Source: Vicinamibacterales bacterium (lineage in GTDB: Bacteria; Acidobacteriota; Vicinamibacteria; Vicinamibacterales; SCN-69-37). Taken from it: DNA of 64,000 nt. Every line of letters starts with the position of its first letter. Position 1 is the first letter of the stretch. The position numbers and the translations under genes were made by a program. Under the pieces are notes generated by a model. It was not told where the DNA came from. It did not search any database and saw nothing but the letters and a program-made list of their open reading frames with translations. Below, piece by piece: positions 9,113 through 18,573 of this stretch. The stretch lies in contig JAWKHR010000034.1 of the NCBI GenBank assembly GCA_041394725.1, positions 3,410-67,409 of the forward strand, given 5' to 3'.

Positions 9113-11819
9113 CGGTCCCGGTCGCCCGGGCGCGGCGCCCGCGGAACGCGAGCACGATCTGCCCCGCCAGCACCGGTGCCAGGCTCATCGCCACGACCAC
9201 GAGCCAGCCGGCCGCGCCGGGTGACGCCACGCGCAACAGGCGCGCGAACGGCGGCACGAAGACCGCCGCGACGAGCAGCAGGGTGCAGAGCGCCAGCGCA
9301 CCCCATACCCACGGATTGCCGACCACGTCGTTGCGGAGCAGGCGGGATCGCGGCCCGCGCGTGTTGAACACGTGCCAGAGCTGCGCGAACGCCAGCGTGA
9401 GGAACGACACGGTCACCGCCTCCGGCTCCGGCAGGTGCAGCCGGGCCAGCGCGAGCCAGAAGGCGCCGGCGACCGACGCGGTGATGAGCGCCGCCCACCC
9501 GGCCATCGCGATCCAGTGGTCGCGCATGAGGATCTGCTCGGTTGCCGGCCGGGGCGGGCGCGTCATGATGCCCGCGGCGCCCTCGCCGAGGCCGAGCGCG
9601 AGCGCGGGAAACACGTCGGTGACCAGGTTCAGGAAGAGGATTTGCAGCGGCAGGATGGGCAGCGGCGCGGTGGTGGCCGACGCGGCCGCGATCAGCAGCA
9701 CCTCGCTGATGTTGCACGAGAGCAGGTAGACGACGAAGCGGCGGATGTTGCCGAAGATCGCGCGTCCCTGCCGGATGGCCGCGACGATCGTATCGAACGC
9801 GTCGTCCTCGAGCACCATGTCGGCGGCCTCGCGCGCCACCTGCGTCCCGCGACGTCCCATCGCCACGCCGATGTCGGCCTTCTTGAGCGCCGGCGCGTCG
9901 TTGACGCCGTCGCCGGTCATCGCGACCACGTGGCCGGCGCGCTGGAAGGCCTCGATCAGGTCGAGCTTCTGCCTGGGCGTCACGCGCGCGAAGATCCGCG
10001 CGCGCCGCAGGGCGTCGGGCTGGCCGGCGATCCGCGGGATGTCCTCGCCGCGCAGCACCTCCACGCCGTCCTCGCCGGCCAGGTCGATGGCCCGCGCGAT
10101 GCTGCGCGCCGTGCGCGGCTGGTCGCCCGTCACCATCACGACCTGGATGCCCGCGCGACGGCAGGCCGCCAGCGCGGCCGTGGCGTCGTGGCGCGGCGGG
10201 TCCAGGAACCCGATGAGGCCCAGCAGGCGCAGCCCGTGGTACGGCGACGCCGTGGCGTCGGACGTCCGGCCGTCGGCCAGCGCGAGCACGCGACAGCCGT
10301 CGTCGGCCAGCTCGTCCACGCGCGCGAGCCACTCGGCGCGCTCGCCGACGTCCATCGGCCGGTCGCCGTCCGGCGCGGCGACGGTCGCGCAGGCCTCGAA
10401 CACGGCCTCGGGCGCGCCCTTGACCGCGATCGTGTACGCCGCGCCGCCGGCCCGGTGGAACGTGGCCATCATCTTCGTGCCGGGGTCGAACGCCTCCTCG
10501 CGCGCTTCGGGACGTTCGCGCAGGAGCGCGGCGCGATCGACGCCGGCGATCGTGGCGGCGCGCAGCAGCGCCGCCTCGAGCGGGTCGCCCACCGACGCCC
10601 CGTCCGGGCCCACCGCCGCGTTGTTGCAGAGGGCGCCGGCGACGAGTACCGGCTCGACGCGGGCGCGCGCGGCGGGCGCCAGTTCCCCGGTCTCTTCCGG
10701 CATCCGTGCGAGGCCCGCGGCGGTCCAGACGTGCGTCACGGTCAACTCGTTGCGCGTGAGCGTGCCGGTCTTGTCCGTGCAGATGACGCTCGTCGCGCCG
10801 AGTGTCTCGACGGCCGACAGCCGCTGCACGATCGCGTTGCGGTGCGCCATGCGCAGCATGCCGCGCGCGAGCGCCAGCGTCGCGACGATCGGCAGGCCTT
10901 CGGGAATGGCGGCGACGGCCAGCGCGATCGCGGTCTCGACCATCAGCCCGACGGGCCGCCCGGCCAGGACGCCGGCGACCGCCACGGCGGCCGCGATGCC
11001 GAGCGTGACGACGATCAGGCGCTGGCCGAGCCGCTCGAGGCGGCGCTCGAGCGGCGTCGAGGCCTGCCGCGCCTCCGCCGTGAGCGACGCGATCGTGCCG
11101 AGCTCGGTCCGCATGCCGGTGGCGACGACGAGTCCCTCGCCCGACCCGCGCGTGACCAGCGTGCCCTTGAAGAGCATCGCCGTCCGATCCGCCACGCCGG
11201 CGTCGCGGGCGACCGGGTCGGGCCGCTTGCCGACGGGCAGCGATTCGCCGGTGAGCAGCGACTCGTCCACCTGCAGCTTCGAGGCCTCGACGACCCGGAG
11301 GTCCGCGGTGACGACGTCGCCGCCCTCGATCAGGATGAAGTCGCCGGGCACGAGCTGGTCGGCGGGAAGCTCGAGGACGCGTCCACCGCGGCGGACGCGC
11401 GCGTGCACGCGCTCGAGCCGGCGCAGCGCCTCCATCGATCGCACCGCCTGCCACTCGGTGACGAAGCCAATCGCGGCGTTGAGGACGATCACGGCGACGA
11501 TCGCCGCCGTCTCCACCCAGTCGCCGAGGACGGCCGAGATGCCCGCCGCGCCCGCGAGCAGCAGGAGGATGACACTGCGGAACTGGTTCACCAGGACTTC
11601 GAGCACGCCCGTGCGACGCGGCTCGCGGAGCCGGTTCGTGCCGACCTCGTGCCGGCGCGCCGCGGCCTCGGCCTCGGCCAGCCCGTGTTCCCGGGACACG
11701 CCGAGACCGCGCGCGACATCGGCCCACGGCCGGGCCCACGGCGCGTCGGGCGCGAGACTCGGAGGACCTGGAACGCGCGGCCGTCCAGGCACGGCGTCTG
11801 GTGTGGCGGGCATCGGCAT
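9081..11819 (-). CDS. cation-translocating P-type ATPase (P2-like, PEGL motif)
   Basis: ORF 9081..12623 trimmed to ATG 11819 (MPMPATPDAV). Motifs LTGESLPV, AIPEGLPIV, ICTDKTGTLT and MTGDGVNDAPALKKADIGVAMG. About 913 aa. The ion transported is not determinable from sequence alone. Confidence 0.9.
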   Translation of the reverse strand: MPMPATPDAVPGRPRVPGPPSLAPDAPWARPWADVARGLGVSREHGLAEAEAAARRHEVGTNRLREPRRTGVLEVLVNQFRSVILLLLAGAAGISAVLGDWVETAAIVAVIVLNAAIGFVTEWQAVRSMEALRRLERVHARVRRGGRVLELPADQLVPGDFILIEGGDVVTADLRVVEASKLQVDESLLTGESLPVGKRPDPVARDAGVADRTAMLFKGTLVTRGSGEGLVVATGMRTELGTIASLTAEARQASTPLERRLERLGQRLIVVTLGIAAAVAVAGVLAGRPVGLMVETAIALAVAAIPEGLPIVATLALARGMLRMAHRNAIVQRLSAVETLGATSVICTDKTGTLTRNELTVTHVWTAAGLARMPEETGELAPAARARVEPVLVAGALCNNAAVGPDGASVGDPLEAALLRAATIAGVDRAALLRERPEAREEAFDPGTKMMATFHRAGGAAYTIAVKGAPEAVFEACATVAAPDGDRPMDVGERAEWLARVDELADDGCRVLALADGRTSDATASPYHGLRLLGLIGFLDPPRHDATAALAACRRAGIQVVMVTGDQPRTARSIARAIDLAGEDGVEVLRGEDIPRIAGQPDALRRARIFARVTPRQKLDLIEAFQRAGHVVAMTGDGVNDAPALKKADIGVAMGRRGTQVAREAADMVLEDDAFDTIVAAIRQGRAIFGNIRRFVVYLLSCNISEVLLIAAASATTAPLPILPLQILFLNLVTDVFPALALGLGEGAAGIMTRPPRPATEQILMRDHWIAMAGWAALITASVAGAFWLALARLHLPEPEAVTVSFLTLAFAQLWHVFNTRGPRSRLLRNDVVGNPWVWGALALCTLLLVAAVFVPPFARLLRVASPGAAGWLVVVAMSLAPVLAGQIVLAFRGRRARATGTVRSARARTTR

Positions 11820-11950
11820 CGATCGGGCTTTCACCGATCGTGCCACGGGCGCACGCCGCCGGCTTCCGGCTGAGGCGGGCCGCCGGGTGCGCGGCGCGGG
11901 GAAATTCGCGCGGCGCCCGTCGTGCCGTTCGCGGCGGCGGCGAGCTGCGC

Positions 11951-11971
11951 GGACCCGGGCGTCCCGGGTCC
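11951..11971. repeat. perfect 9-bp-stem inverted repeat GGACCCGGG-cgt-CCCGGGTCC
   Basis: Read directly in the divergent ATPase/CBS intergenic region. It is related in sequence to the GGGTCCCGGG units of the interspersed repeat family. Confidence 0.5.
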
Positions 11972-12069
11972 GGCGCTCCTCACGCGCCCACGCGTTGGCA
12001 CCGGACGTGCTCCGCGTACTCGGCGGACTCGTCACACGTTGCCGGCACCGGCAGAAAGCGAGGATCGCC

Positions 12070-12513
12070 ATGACCGTGGGAGACCTGTGTACGCGGATGG
12101 TCGTCACGGCCGACCCGGAGGAATCCATCTTCGACGCGGCGACGCGGATGCGTGACCTCCACGTGGGCGACCTGGTCGTGGTCGACGAGGACCAGCGCCC
12201 GATCGGCATCCTCACCGACCGCGACATCGTGGTCGGCGCGCTCGCCGACGGGATCGACCCCCTGGACGTGCCACGCGTCGGGGAGGTCATGACGCGGGAC
12301 CTGGTCACGGCCATGCCGGACGAGTCGCTGAGCGACGTCCTGGGCCGGATGCGGGTGCACGGCATCCGGCGGCTGCCGGTCGTCTCCGCGTCGGGCCGGC
12401 TGGAGGGCCTGATCGCGCTCGACGACATCCTCGAGCAGATGTCGGCGGATCTCCGGGAACTGGCCGGGCTGGTCGCGCGCGAGCAGAAGCGCGAACGCGC
12501 GGTCCGCGCCTGA
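12070..12513 (+). CDS. CBS domain pair protein
   Basis: Tail of ORF 9745..12513 from ATG 12070 (MTVGDLCTRMVVTADPEESIFDAATRMRDLHVGDLVVVDEDQRPIGILTDRDIV...VHGIRRLPVV). Two CBS motifs. Confidence 0.85.
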   Translation: MTVGDLCTRMVVTADPEESIFDAATRMRDLHVGDLVVVDEDQRPIGILTDRDIVVGALADGIDPLDVPRVGEVMTRDLVTAMPDESLSDVLGRMRVHGIRRLPVVSASGRLEGLIALDDILEQMSADLRELAGLVAREQKRERAVRA

Positions 12514-12630
12514 GGCGTCGCGTCCGGGACGCCCGCGTCGTGAAGGCGGGACGTGGCCGGCTCGCCCTCGCGGCGAAGGGCCGGGAATGCGGAGCGCGCG
12601 CGGGCGCGGCAATTGCACGCCACTCAGCGC

Positions 12631-13935
12631 ATGAGCACCCGCGTTCCCGTGACCTTTGCGCTCCTGATTGCCACCTCGTCCCTGCTCGCCGCCGACTCGC
12701 CCATGTTTCGTGGCACTCCGGCCCACACGGGCGTTTCGTCGTCACCGGCGCCTGCGCTCGCCACGCTCAAGTGGGCGTTTTCGACGAAGGCCCGGATCGT
12801 CTCCACGCCGGCCGTGGCCGACGGCGTCGCCTACGTCGGCAGCGCCGACCACCGCCTGTACGCGATACGCGTCGCCGACGGGTCGCAGATCTGGGCCTTC
12901 CAGACCGGGCTCGGCGTGGACGCCTCGCCGGCCGTCGCCGGCGGCCGCGTCTACGTCGCCAGCCGCGACGGATTCGTGTACGCCGTCTCGGCGGCGTCCG
13001 GCGAACTGGTGTGGAAGTTCGCCACAGGTGGTGAGCGACGCTTCACGGCGCCCGGCATCCACGGGCTGCAGCCGGCGACCGAGATGATGCCGGACCCGTT
13101 CGACTTCTTCCTCTCCTCGCCCACGGTCGTGGACGGCACGGTCTACATCGGCAGCGGCGATCACCGCGTGTACGCGCTCGACGCCGCGACCGGCGCGGTC
13201 CGCTGGTCCTTCGAGACGGGCGACGTCGTGCACGCGACGCCGGCCGTGGCCGACGGCGTCGTCTACATCGGGAGCTGGGATCGATACCTGTACGCGCTCG
13301 ACGCGGCCACGGGTCGCCAGATCTGGAAGTTCGAGACGGGAGACGATCGGCAGATCTACAACCAGATCGGCATCGCGAGTTCCGCGGCGGTGGCCGACGG
13401 CGTCGTCCTCGTCGGCTGTCGCGACGGCCACTTCTACGCGGTCGACGCGAAGACGGGCCGCCAGCGGTGGGCCGAGGACAACAAGGGCGGCTGGGTCATC
13501 GCCTCCCCGGCCGTCCGCGACGGCATCGTCTACTTCCCGACGTCCGACGGCACCCAGTTCAAGGCCATCCGAATCGCCACCGGCGAGCTGGTCTGGCGGA
13601 CCGTCAACCGGACCGTCTCGTTCTCGTCCCCCGTCATCGCGGGCGATCGCGTGTACTTCGGATCGCACGACGGCCTGCTCAACGTCCTGGACCTGCGCAC
13701 CGGCGCGCGCGTGGGATCGTTCGCGACGGCGGGCCATACGGCCAACCACGAGCGGTACCTGGACGCCGAGGGGCGGATGAACAACGCCGCGATCTTCACG
13801 GACCGCACGCTCGACAGCGTCGTCATCGGCCTCGACCGCCAGTTCACGCTGGGCAGCGTGCTCTCGTCGCCCGTCATCGTGGACGGCGTGGCCTACTTCG
13901 GCAGCACGGACGGGCACCTGTACGCCGTGCAGTAG
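12631..13935 (+). CDS. PQQ-like beta-propeller repeat protein (BamB-like fold), secreted
   Basis: Trimmed to ATG 12631 (MSTRVPVTFALLIATSSLLA signal). Repeated AVADGVVYIGSxDxxLYALDAATGxxxW blades. Confidence 0.85.
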   Translation: MSTRVPVTFALLIATSSLLAADSPMFRGTPAHTGVSSSPAPALATLKWAFSTKARIVSTPAVADGVAYVGSADHRLYAIRVADGSQIWAFQTGLGVDASPAVAGGRVYVASRDGFVYAVSAASGELVWKFATGGERRFTAPGIHGLQPATEMMPDPFDFFLSSPTVVDGTVYIGSGDHRVYALDAATGAVRWSFETGDVVHATPAVADGVVYIGSWDRYLYALDAATGRQIWKFETGDDRQIYNQIGIASSAAVADGVVLVGCRDGHFYAVDAKTGRQRWAEDNKGGWVIASPAVRDGIVYFPTSDGTQFKAIRIATGELVWRTVNRTVSFSSPVIAGDRVYFGSHDGLLNVLDLRTGARVGSFATAGHTANHERYLDAEGRMNNAAIFTDRTLDSVVIGLDRQFTLGSVLSSPVIVDGVAYFGSTDGHLYAVQ

Positions 13936-14009
13936 GCGTCCCCAGCCGGACCGACGTCGATCAGCTGGATCCGGACGTGGCCGGAGCCGGACAGCGGCGT
14001 CCCCACACT

Positions 14010-14066
14010 TGTCGAGCGTCTACAAGGGAACCTGACGCTACTGTCGAGCGTCTACAAGAGTGACGC
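14010..14066 (+). promoter_or_regulatory. tandem direct repeat upstream of the sulfurtransferase operon (candidate operator)
   Basis: TGTCGAGCGTCTACAAG occurs at 14010-14026 and at 14042-14058. Each copy is followed by TGACGC (14033, 14061). It ends 20 nt before the start at 14086. Confidence 0.4.
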
Positions 14067-14085
14067 GTCTGCTCCTGGAGGTGAC

Positions 14086-15021
14086 ATGCGCCGACTCCTG
14101 CCGTTTGCCCTGTGCTCGTGCCTCGCGCTCCTCGCGGCCCCCGTGGCCGCGCAGACCGCCGCCGCCCGCGACGCGATGGTCGTGTCCGCCGGCTGGCTCG
14201 CGGACCACCTGCACGACCCGAACCTCGTCCTCTTTCACGTCGGCGTGGCCGGCGAGTACCCGGCGGCCCACATCCCGGGGGCGCGCCTCGTCTCCACCGC
14301 TGACCTCTCGGCACCTCGCGCCCGTCAGACCGACGGCTCTCCGGCGCCCGGGCTGGCGCTCGAGATGCCGGATCCCGAGGCGATGCGGGCGAAGCTCCAG
14401 TCGCTCGGCGTCTCGGACGACTCGAAGATCGTCGTCTACTTCGCCAAGGACTGGCTCTCGCCCGCGACGCGCATCGTCTTCGCGCTCGACTGGGCGGGCC
14501 TCGGGGCGAACACGGTGATGCTCGACGGCGGCATGCCGGCGTGGACCGCGGCGGGTCACCCGACGACCGGCGAGGTGCCGGCCGCCCGGACGGGACGGCT
14601 GAAGCCGATCCGGCCGCGCCCGGTCATCGTGGACGCCGCCTTCGTGCAGGCCGTCGCGCGCACGCCGCACACCGCGCTCGTCGACGCACGCACCGGCGTC
14701 TTCTACGACGGCGTGGAACCCAGCGGTGACGGCGGCGAGAAGGGCCACATCGCCGGCGCGGGCAGCGTGCCGTTCACGGCCGTCTTCGACGATGCCGGCG
14801 CGCTGAAACCGGCGGCGGAGCTCGAGGCGATCTTCTCCCGGGCGGGCGTGCAACCGGGTGACACCGTCGTCGGCTACTGCCACATCGGCCAGCAGGCGAC
14901 GGCCATGCTCTTCGCGGCGCGTTCGATCGGGCATCCCGTCAGGCTCTACGACGGCTCGATGGACGACTGGCTGAAGCGCAAGCTGCCCCTCGAGTTGCCG
15001 AAGGGGGGAGGCGGCCGGTGA
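14086..15021 (+). CDS. periplasmic tandem-rhodanese sulfurtransferase
   Basis: Signal peptide MRRLLPFALCSCLALLAAPVAAQ followed by two rhodanese domains. The second keeps the catalytic loop (VVGYCHIGQQATAMLF...YDGSMDDW). Confidence 0.85.
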   Translation: MRRLLPFALCSCLALLAAPVAAQTAAARDAMVVSAGWLADHLHDPNLVLFHVGVAGEYPAAHIPGARLVSTADLSAPRARQTDGSPAPGLALEMPDPEAMRAKLQSLGVSDDSKIVVYFAKDWLSPATRIVFALDWAGLGANTVMLDGGMPAWTAAGHPTTGEVPAARTGRLKPIRPRPVIVDAAFVQAVARTPHTALVDARTGVFYDGVEPSGDGGEKGHIAGAGSVPFTAVFDDAGALKPAAELEAIFSRAGVQPGDTVVGYCHIGQQATAMLFAARSIGHPVRLYDGSMDDWLKRKLPLELPKGGGGR

Positions 15022-15566
15022 GCCACCGCGGCCTCGCGGCGCCGCCGCGGGGCGGCGCGCCGAGGCCCTACGCCGACCCGTACGTGGCCGGCGTGGGCCT
15101 CGGCCTCGTCCTCACGGCGGCGTTCGCGCTGGCGGGCCGGGGACTCGGCGCGTCTGGCGCGTTCGCCGCCGGCGCGACCGCGCTCGTCCACGCCGTCTCA
15201 CCCGACCAGGCGGCGGCGAGTCCGTACCTCTCGCGCTACCTCGACGCCGCCGTGGCGCCGTGGCGCGACTGGCTCGTCGTCGAGATCGCCGGCGCCATCG
15301 CGGGCGGCTGGCTGTCGGCCCGACTCGCGGGCCGGCTGGCGCTGGTCGTGGAGCGCGGGCCGCGCCTGGCGCCGGGGCCGCGCCTGGCGTTTGCCGGCCT
15401 GGGCGGCGCGGCGATGGGCGTCGGCGCGGTGCTCGCGCGCGGCTGCACCAGCGGTCAGGCGCTGACGGGCGGCGCACTGCTGAGCGTCGGCAGCTGGCTG
15501 TTCATCACCGGCGCGTTCGCCTCGGCCTACCTGGTCGCGCCGCTGGCACGGAGGCTGTGGCGATGA
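15018..15566 (+). CDS. YeeE/YedE family sulfur-transport membrane protein (half-size, part 1)
   Basis: GTGA overlap with the rhodanese stop. Polytopic, Gly/Ala-rich, with the conserved ARGCTSGQALTG motif. Confidence 0.8.
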   Translation: MSHRGLAAPPRGGAPRPYADPYVAGVGLGLVLTAAFALAGRGLGASGAFAAGATALVHAVSPDQAAASPYLSRYLDAAVAPWRDWLVVEIAGAIAGGWLSARLAGRLALVVERGPRLAPGPRLAFAGLGGAAMGVGAVLARGCTSGQALTGGALLSVGSWLFITGAFASAYLVAPLARRLWR

Positions 15567-16108
15567 CCGACAGCGTGGTGCTCGCCTTCGGCATCGGCCT
15601 GGCCTTCGGCTGGGCGCTCGAACGCGCGGGCCTCGGCAGCGCGCGCAAGCTGGTCGGGCAGTTCTACCTGACCGACTTCACCGTCTTCAAGGTCATGTTC
15701 AGCGCGATCGTCACGGCGATGCTGGGCGTGTTCTGGCTGGGCCGGCTGGGCGTCGTGGACGTCGCGGCCATCTACGTGCCCGAGACGTACGTCCTGCCGC
15801 AACTCGCGGGCGGCGCGCTCTTCGGCGTCGGCTTCGTCGTCGCCGGCCTGTGTCCGGGAACGTCGTGCGTCGCCGCGGCGACCGGTCGGGGCGACGGCCT
15901 GGCGACGGTCATCGGGTTGCTGGGCGGCGTCCTCGCCGCCGGCGCGGCGTTCCCCGCGATGGCCGCGTTCTACGAGAGCTCCGCGCGCGGCACCTGGCAG
16001 TGGCCGCAAGCCCTCGGCCTGCCGTACGGCGTCGTCGTGTTCCTGGTCGTGCTGATGGCCCTCGGTGGGTTCCGGCTGGTCGAACGGCTGGAGCGGCGGG
16101 CGTCGTGA
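15563..16108 (+). CDS. YeeE/YedE family sulfur-transport membrane protein (half-size, part 2)
   Basis: ATG 15563 with an ATGA overlap. MTDSVVLAFGIGLAFGWALERAGLG... and VVAGLCPGTSCVAAA motif. Confidence 0.8.
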   Translation: MTDSVVLAFGIGLAFGWALERAGLGSARKLVGQFYLTDFTVFKVMFSAIVTAMLGVFWLGRLGVVDVAAIYVPETYVLPQLAGGALFGVGFVVAGLCPGTSCVAAATGRGDGLATVIGLLGGVLAAGAAFPAMAAFYESSARGTWQWPQALGLPYGVVVFLVVLMALGGFRLVERLERRAS

Positions 16109-16133
16109 CGCGACGGTGGCTGGCGCGGGCGTC

Positions 16134-16745
16134 ATGACGAGCCGGTGGCTGGCGTGGGCGGCGCTCCTGATCGGCGGCCTCTCCGCCGTCGCCGGCAGTC
16201 CGTACCTCGCGGCGCGCGGACAGGTGGACGTCGAGGCCCTGGCCGCGACGGCCGCCCGCGGAGAGGACCGGGTCGGCGCGGTCGAGCTCGCGACGTGGAT
16301 TCACGATCGCGAGCCGGGCCTGCGCGTGATCGACGTGCGCTCGCGCGAGGCGTACGACGCCGACCGGATTCCCGGCGCCGAGCACGTCCCCCTCGGCGCG
16401 ATCGGACGGACCCGCTTCACGCACGACCAGCCGATCGTCGTGTACGCCGACGATGGCACGGAGGCGGCGGAGGCGTGGGTACTGCTGCGCGCCGCCGGCC
16501 TGCGCCGGGTGTTCTTCCTGCGCGGTGGCCTGGCCGCGTGGCTCGACGAGGTCCTCGAGCCCACGCTCGCCGCCGACGCGGATGCCGAGGCGCGCGCGGC
16601 GTTCGCGCGCGTGGCCGGGCTGAGCCGCTACTTCGGCGGTCGCCCCCGAGGCGGCGCGTCGGCCGGGACCGACGCGGGCACCGGCGGCCCGAGCGGCGCC
16701 GACACGGCCGATCGCCTGGCCCACCTCAAGCGGCGCGGCTGCTGA
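16134..16745 (+). CDS. membrane-anchored rhodanese-homology protein lacking the catalytic Cys, ending in ...RRGC
   Basis: Trimmed to ATG 16134 (MTSRWLAWAALLIGGLSAV). Rhodanese fold: RVIDVRSREAYDADRIPGAEHVP...PIVVYADDGTEAAEAW...LRGGLAAW. Ala sits at the active-site Cys position, and the last residue is Cys. Confidence 0.7.
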   Translation: MTSRWLAWAALLIGGLSAVAGSPYLAARGQVDVEALAATAARGEDRVGAVELATWIHDREPGLRVIDVRSREAYDADRIPGAEHVPLGAIGRTRFTHDQPIVVYADDGTEAAEAWVLLRAAGLRRVFFLRGGLAAWLDEVLEPTLAADADAEARAAFARVAGLSRYFGGRPRGGASAGTDAGTGGPSGADTADRLAHLKRRGC

Positions 16746-16752
16746 CGGCCTC

Positions 16753-18444
16753 TCACCGGAGCAGCACTGGCACGCCGGCGGCCTCCGGCGCCTCGAACCG
16801 GACGGCCGCGTCGCGGCGCGGCCGGCGATCGACGAACGTCGGCGGTTCGAGGTGACGTCCTCCCGCATGACGGGCTTCCCGCCTGGCGCTCCAGAGCAGC
16901 ACGGGCCCCAGCGTACGGTTCACCAGCCGGGTCGTGGGGCCGAACGCCTCCTCGACGTCGTGGGCGAGCGCGTCGATGCGACGCGCCATGACCGGGTTGG
17001 CCGGCGCGAGCCACCGCGCCATCGCCCAGAGCGCCGCGCCGTACCCCAGGCGCAACGACGCCGCCGAGACGGCCACGCGCGCCCTGACGCGCGCATCCGG
17101 ATCGTCGGCGTACCGCCGCCACCGGACGAACATCGTCCGCATCAGGCGGTAGAGGCTCGGCCCGTTGCGATCGAAGTCGACCTGGAAGGCATGGTCGAGC
17201 ACCCGCTTCGACTCGTCGCGCCCGATCGCGGGGTGCCGGAAGTTGAACTGGTACTGGCCGTGGACGTCGGCCAGGTCCACGTCGAGGAGGCGTCCCTCGG
17301 CGGCCATCCGCGCGTGGAGCGGCGTGCCGGGGATCGGCGTGAAGAGCATGAACTGGTGGAAGACCGTGTCGTGCGCGACGGCCCGATCGATGTCGGTCAT
17401 CACCGACTCCGGCGTGTGATGCTCGAGCCCGACGATCGTGGAGCCGTGGACGCAGATGCCGTGCGCCTGGAGGTCCCGGACCAGCGCGCGCGTGTCCGTG
17501 CCGGACAGCTTCTCGTAGGGCGCCTCGGACGATTCCAGGCCGAGCCAGATCCACTCGACGCCGAGCTCGACGAGTTCTCGCACGTCGTATCGACGAATCG
17601 CATTGGCCGAGGAGAACACGTAGAGCGCCCACGCCTTGCCCGCGGCCTTCATGCAGGCGAGCAGTTCCAGGGCGCGACGGCGGTAGAGCAGGAAGTTCTC
17701 GTCCATCATGAAGAACGCGCGTACGCCGAGCCGCCGCTCGACGTCGCACATCACCCGGAACAGGTCCTCGCCGCGCTCGTAGAAGTTGACGAAGCGCCCC
17801 TTGCCGCCGAAGAAAGCCGAGGTGGTGCAGAACTCGCACCCGAGCGGACAGCCGACCGACGGCACGATCGTCGCCGCCGGACTGCCGCCGCCGCGCGGGC
17901 TTCGCAGCCCCAGGACCCGGAAGCCCACCGAGGACCGGATCGCGGGGTGGACGATCGGTCGGTCCGGATCGTCCCCGAGGAACCGCCGCATCCAGGCGAT
18001 GCCCTCGCCGCGGACGATGTGGTCCGCGTCGATCAGGCGCTCGATGTCGGGAATCGCGGTCACGTGCCCGCCGACGACGATCGCCGACGCCGGCGAGTAG
18101 CGGCGAACCAGGCGGCACATCTCGCGAATCTTGCCGACGTTGACCACGATGCCGGAGAGTCCGACCACGTCGTACCGCCCCCGGCGCAGCTCGCGGATGA
18201 ACCGCTCGCGCGTCGGGAAGTCGAGCAGCGTGGTGGCGGCGCTGACGTTCTCCTGGATGAACATCAGCCCCCACGACCGGTGGAACATCCGGAGCGAGCA
18301 CGGCCCCTGCGCGCGCGTCACCTGGTTGTGGTACAGCTCCATCGGGTTGATCGCGCGCGAGCCGTAGTCATCGTCGCGGGCAAACGGCTTGAACACCGAG
18401 GACAGCAGCACGCGGGCCGCGGGGCCCCTGGGATGCGGGATCAC
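16753..18444 (-). CDS. B12-binding domain-containing radical SAM protein (class B)
   Basis: 563 aa. B12-binding-like region YDVVGLSGIVVNVGKIREMCRLVRRYSPASAIVVGGHVTA, then the CxxxCxxC cluster motif VGCPLGCEFC. The GTG start at 18444 is uncertain. Confidence 0.85.
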   Translation of the reverse strand: MIPHPRGPAARVLLSSVFKPFARDDDYGSRAINPMELYHNQVTRAQGPCSLRMFHRSWGLMFIQENVSAATTLLDFPTRERFIRELRRGRYDVVGLSGIVVNVGKIREMCRLVRRYSPASAIVVGGHVTAIPDIERLIDADHIVRGEGIAWMRRFLGDDPDRPIVHPAIRSSVGFRVLGLRSPRGGGSPAATIVPSVGCPLGCEFCTTSAFFGGKGRFVNFYERGEDLFRVMCDVERRLGVRAFFMMDENFLLYRRRALELLACMKAAGKAWALYVFSSANAIRRYDVRELVELGVEWIWLGLESSEAPYEKLSGTDTRALVRDLQAHGICVHGSTIVGLEHHTPESVMTDIDRAVAHDTVFHQFMLFTPIPGTPLHARMAAEGRLLDVDLADVHGQYQFNFRHPAIGRDESKRVLDHAFQVDFDRNGPSLYRLMRTMFVRWRRYADDPDARVRARVAVSAASLRLGYGAALWAMARWLAPANPVMARRIDALAHDVEEAFGPTTRLVNRTLGPVLLWSARREARHAGGRHLEPPTFVDRRPRRDAAVRFEAPEAAGVPVLLR

Positions 18445-18573
18445 GTCGCCTCCGTTCCCGCGAGGATACGCCCCGGCGATGGTGATCGCGCGCCGGGTCC
18501 AGAACTCTTACGATCGAGCCGCCATGCCCGGACCCGCCGGACGCTCCGGACACGCCGACGGCATAATGACCCC

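Noticed and set aside
11820-12069. Mg2+ (M-box) or other riboswitch in the long leader of the P-type ATPase
   Set aside because: I could not recognise the conserved M-box core by eye. Only a simple GGACCCGGG hairpin is evident. A covariance-model scan would be needed.
8986-12513. Very long ORFs overlapping the P-type ATPase (8986..11739 minus, 9372..11873 plus, 5' part of 9745..12513 plus)
   Set aside because: These are alternative-frame or antisense shadows of the ATPase, typical of high-GC DNA. They are Arg/Pro/Gly-dominated and carry no motifs. Only the last 147 codons of 9745..12513 (the CBS protein) are credible.
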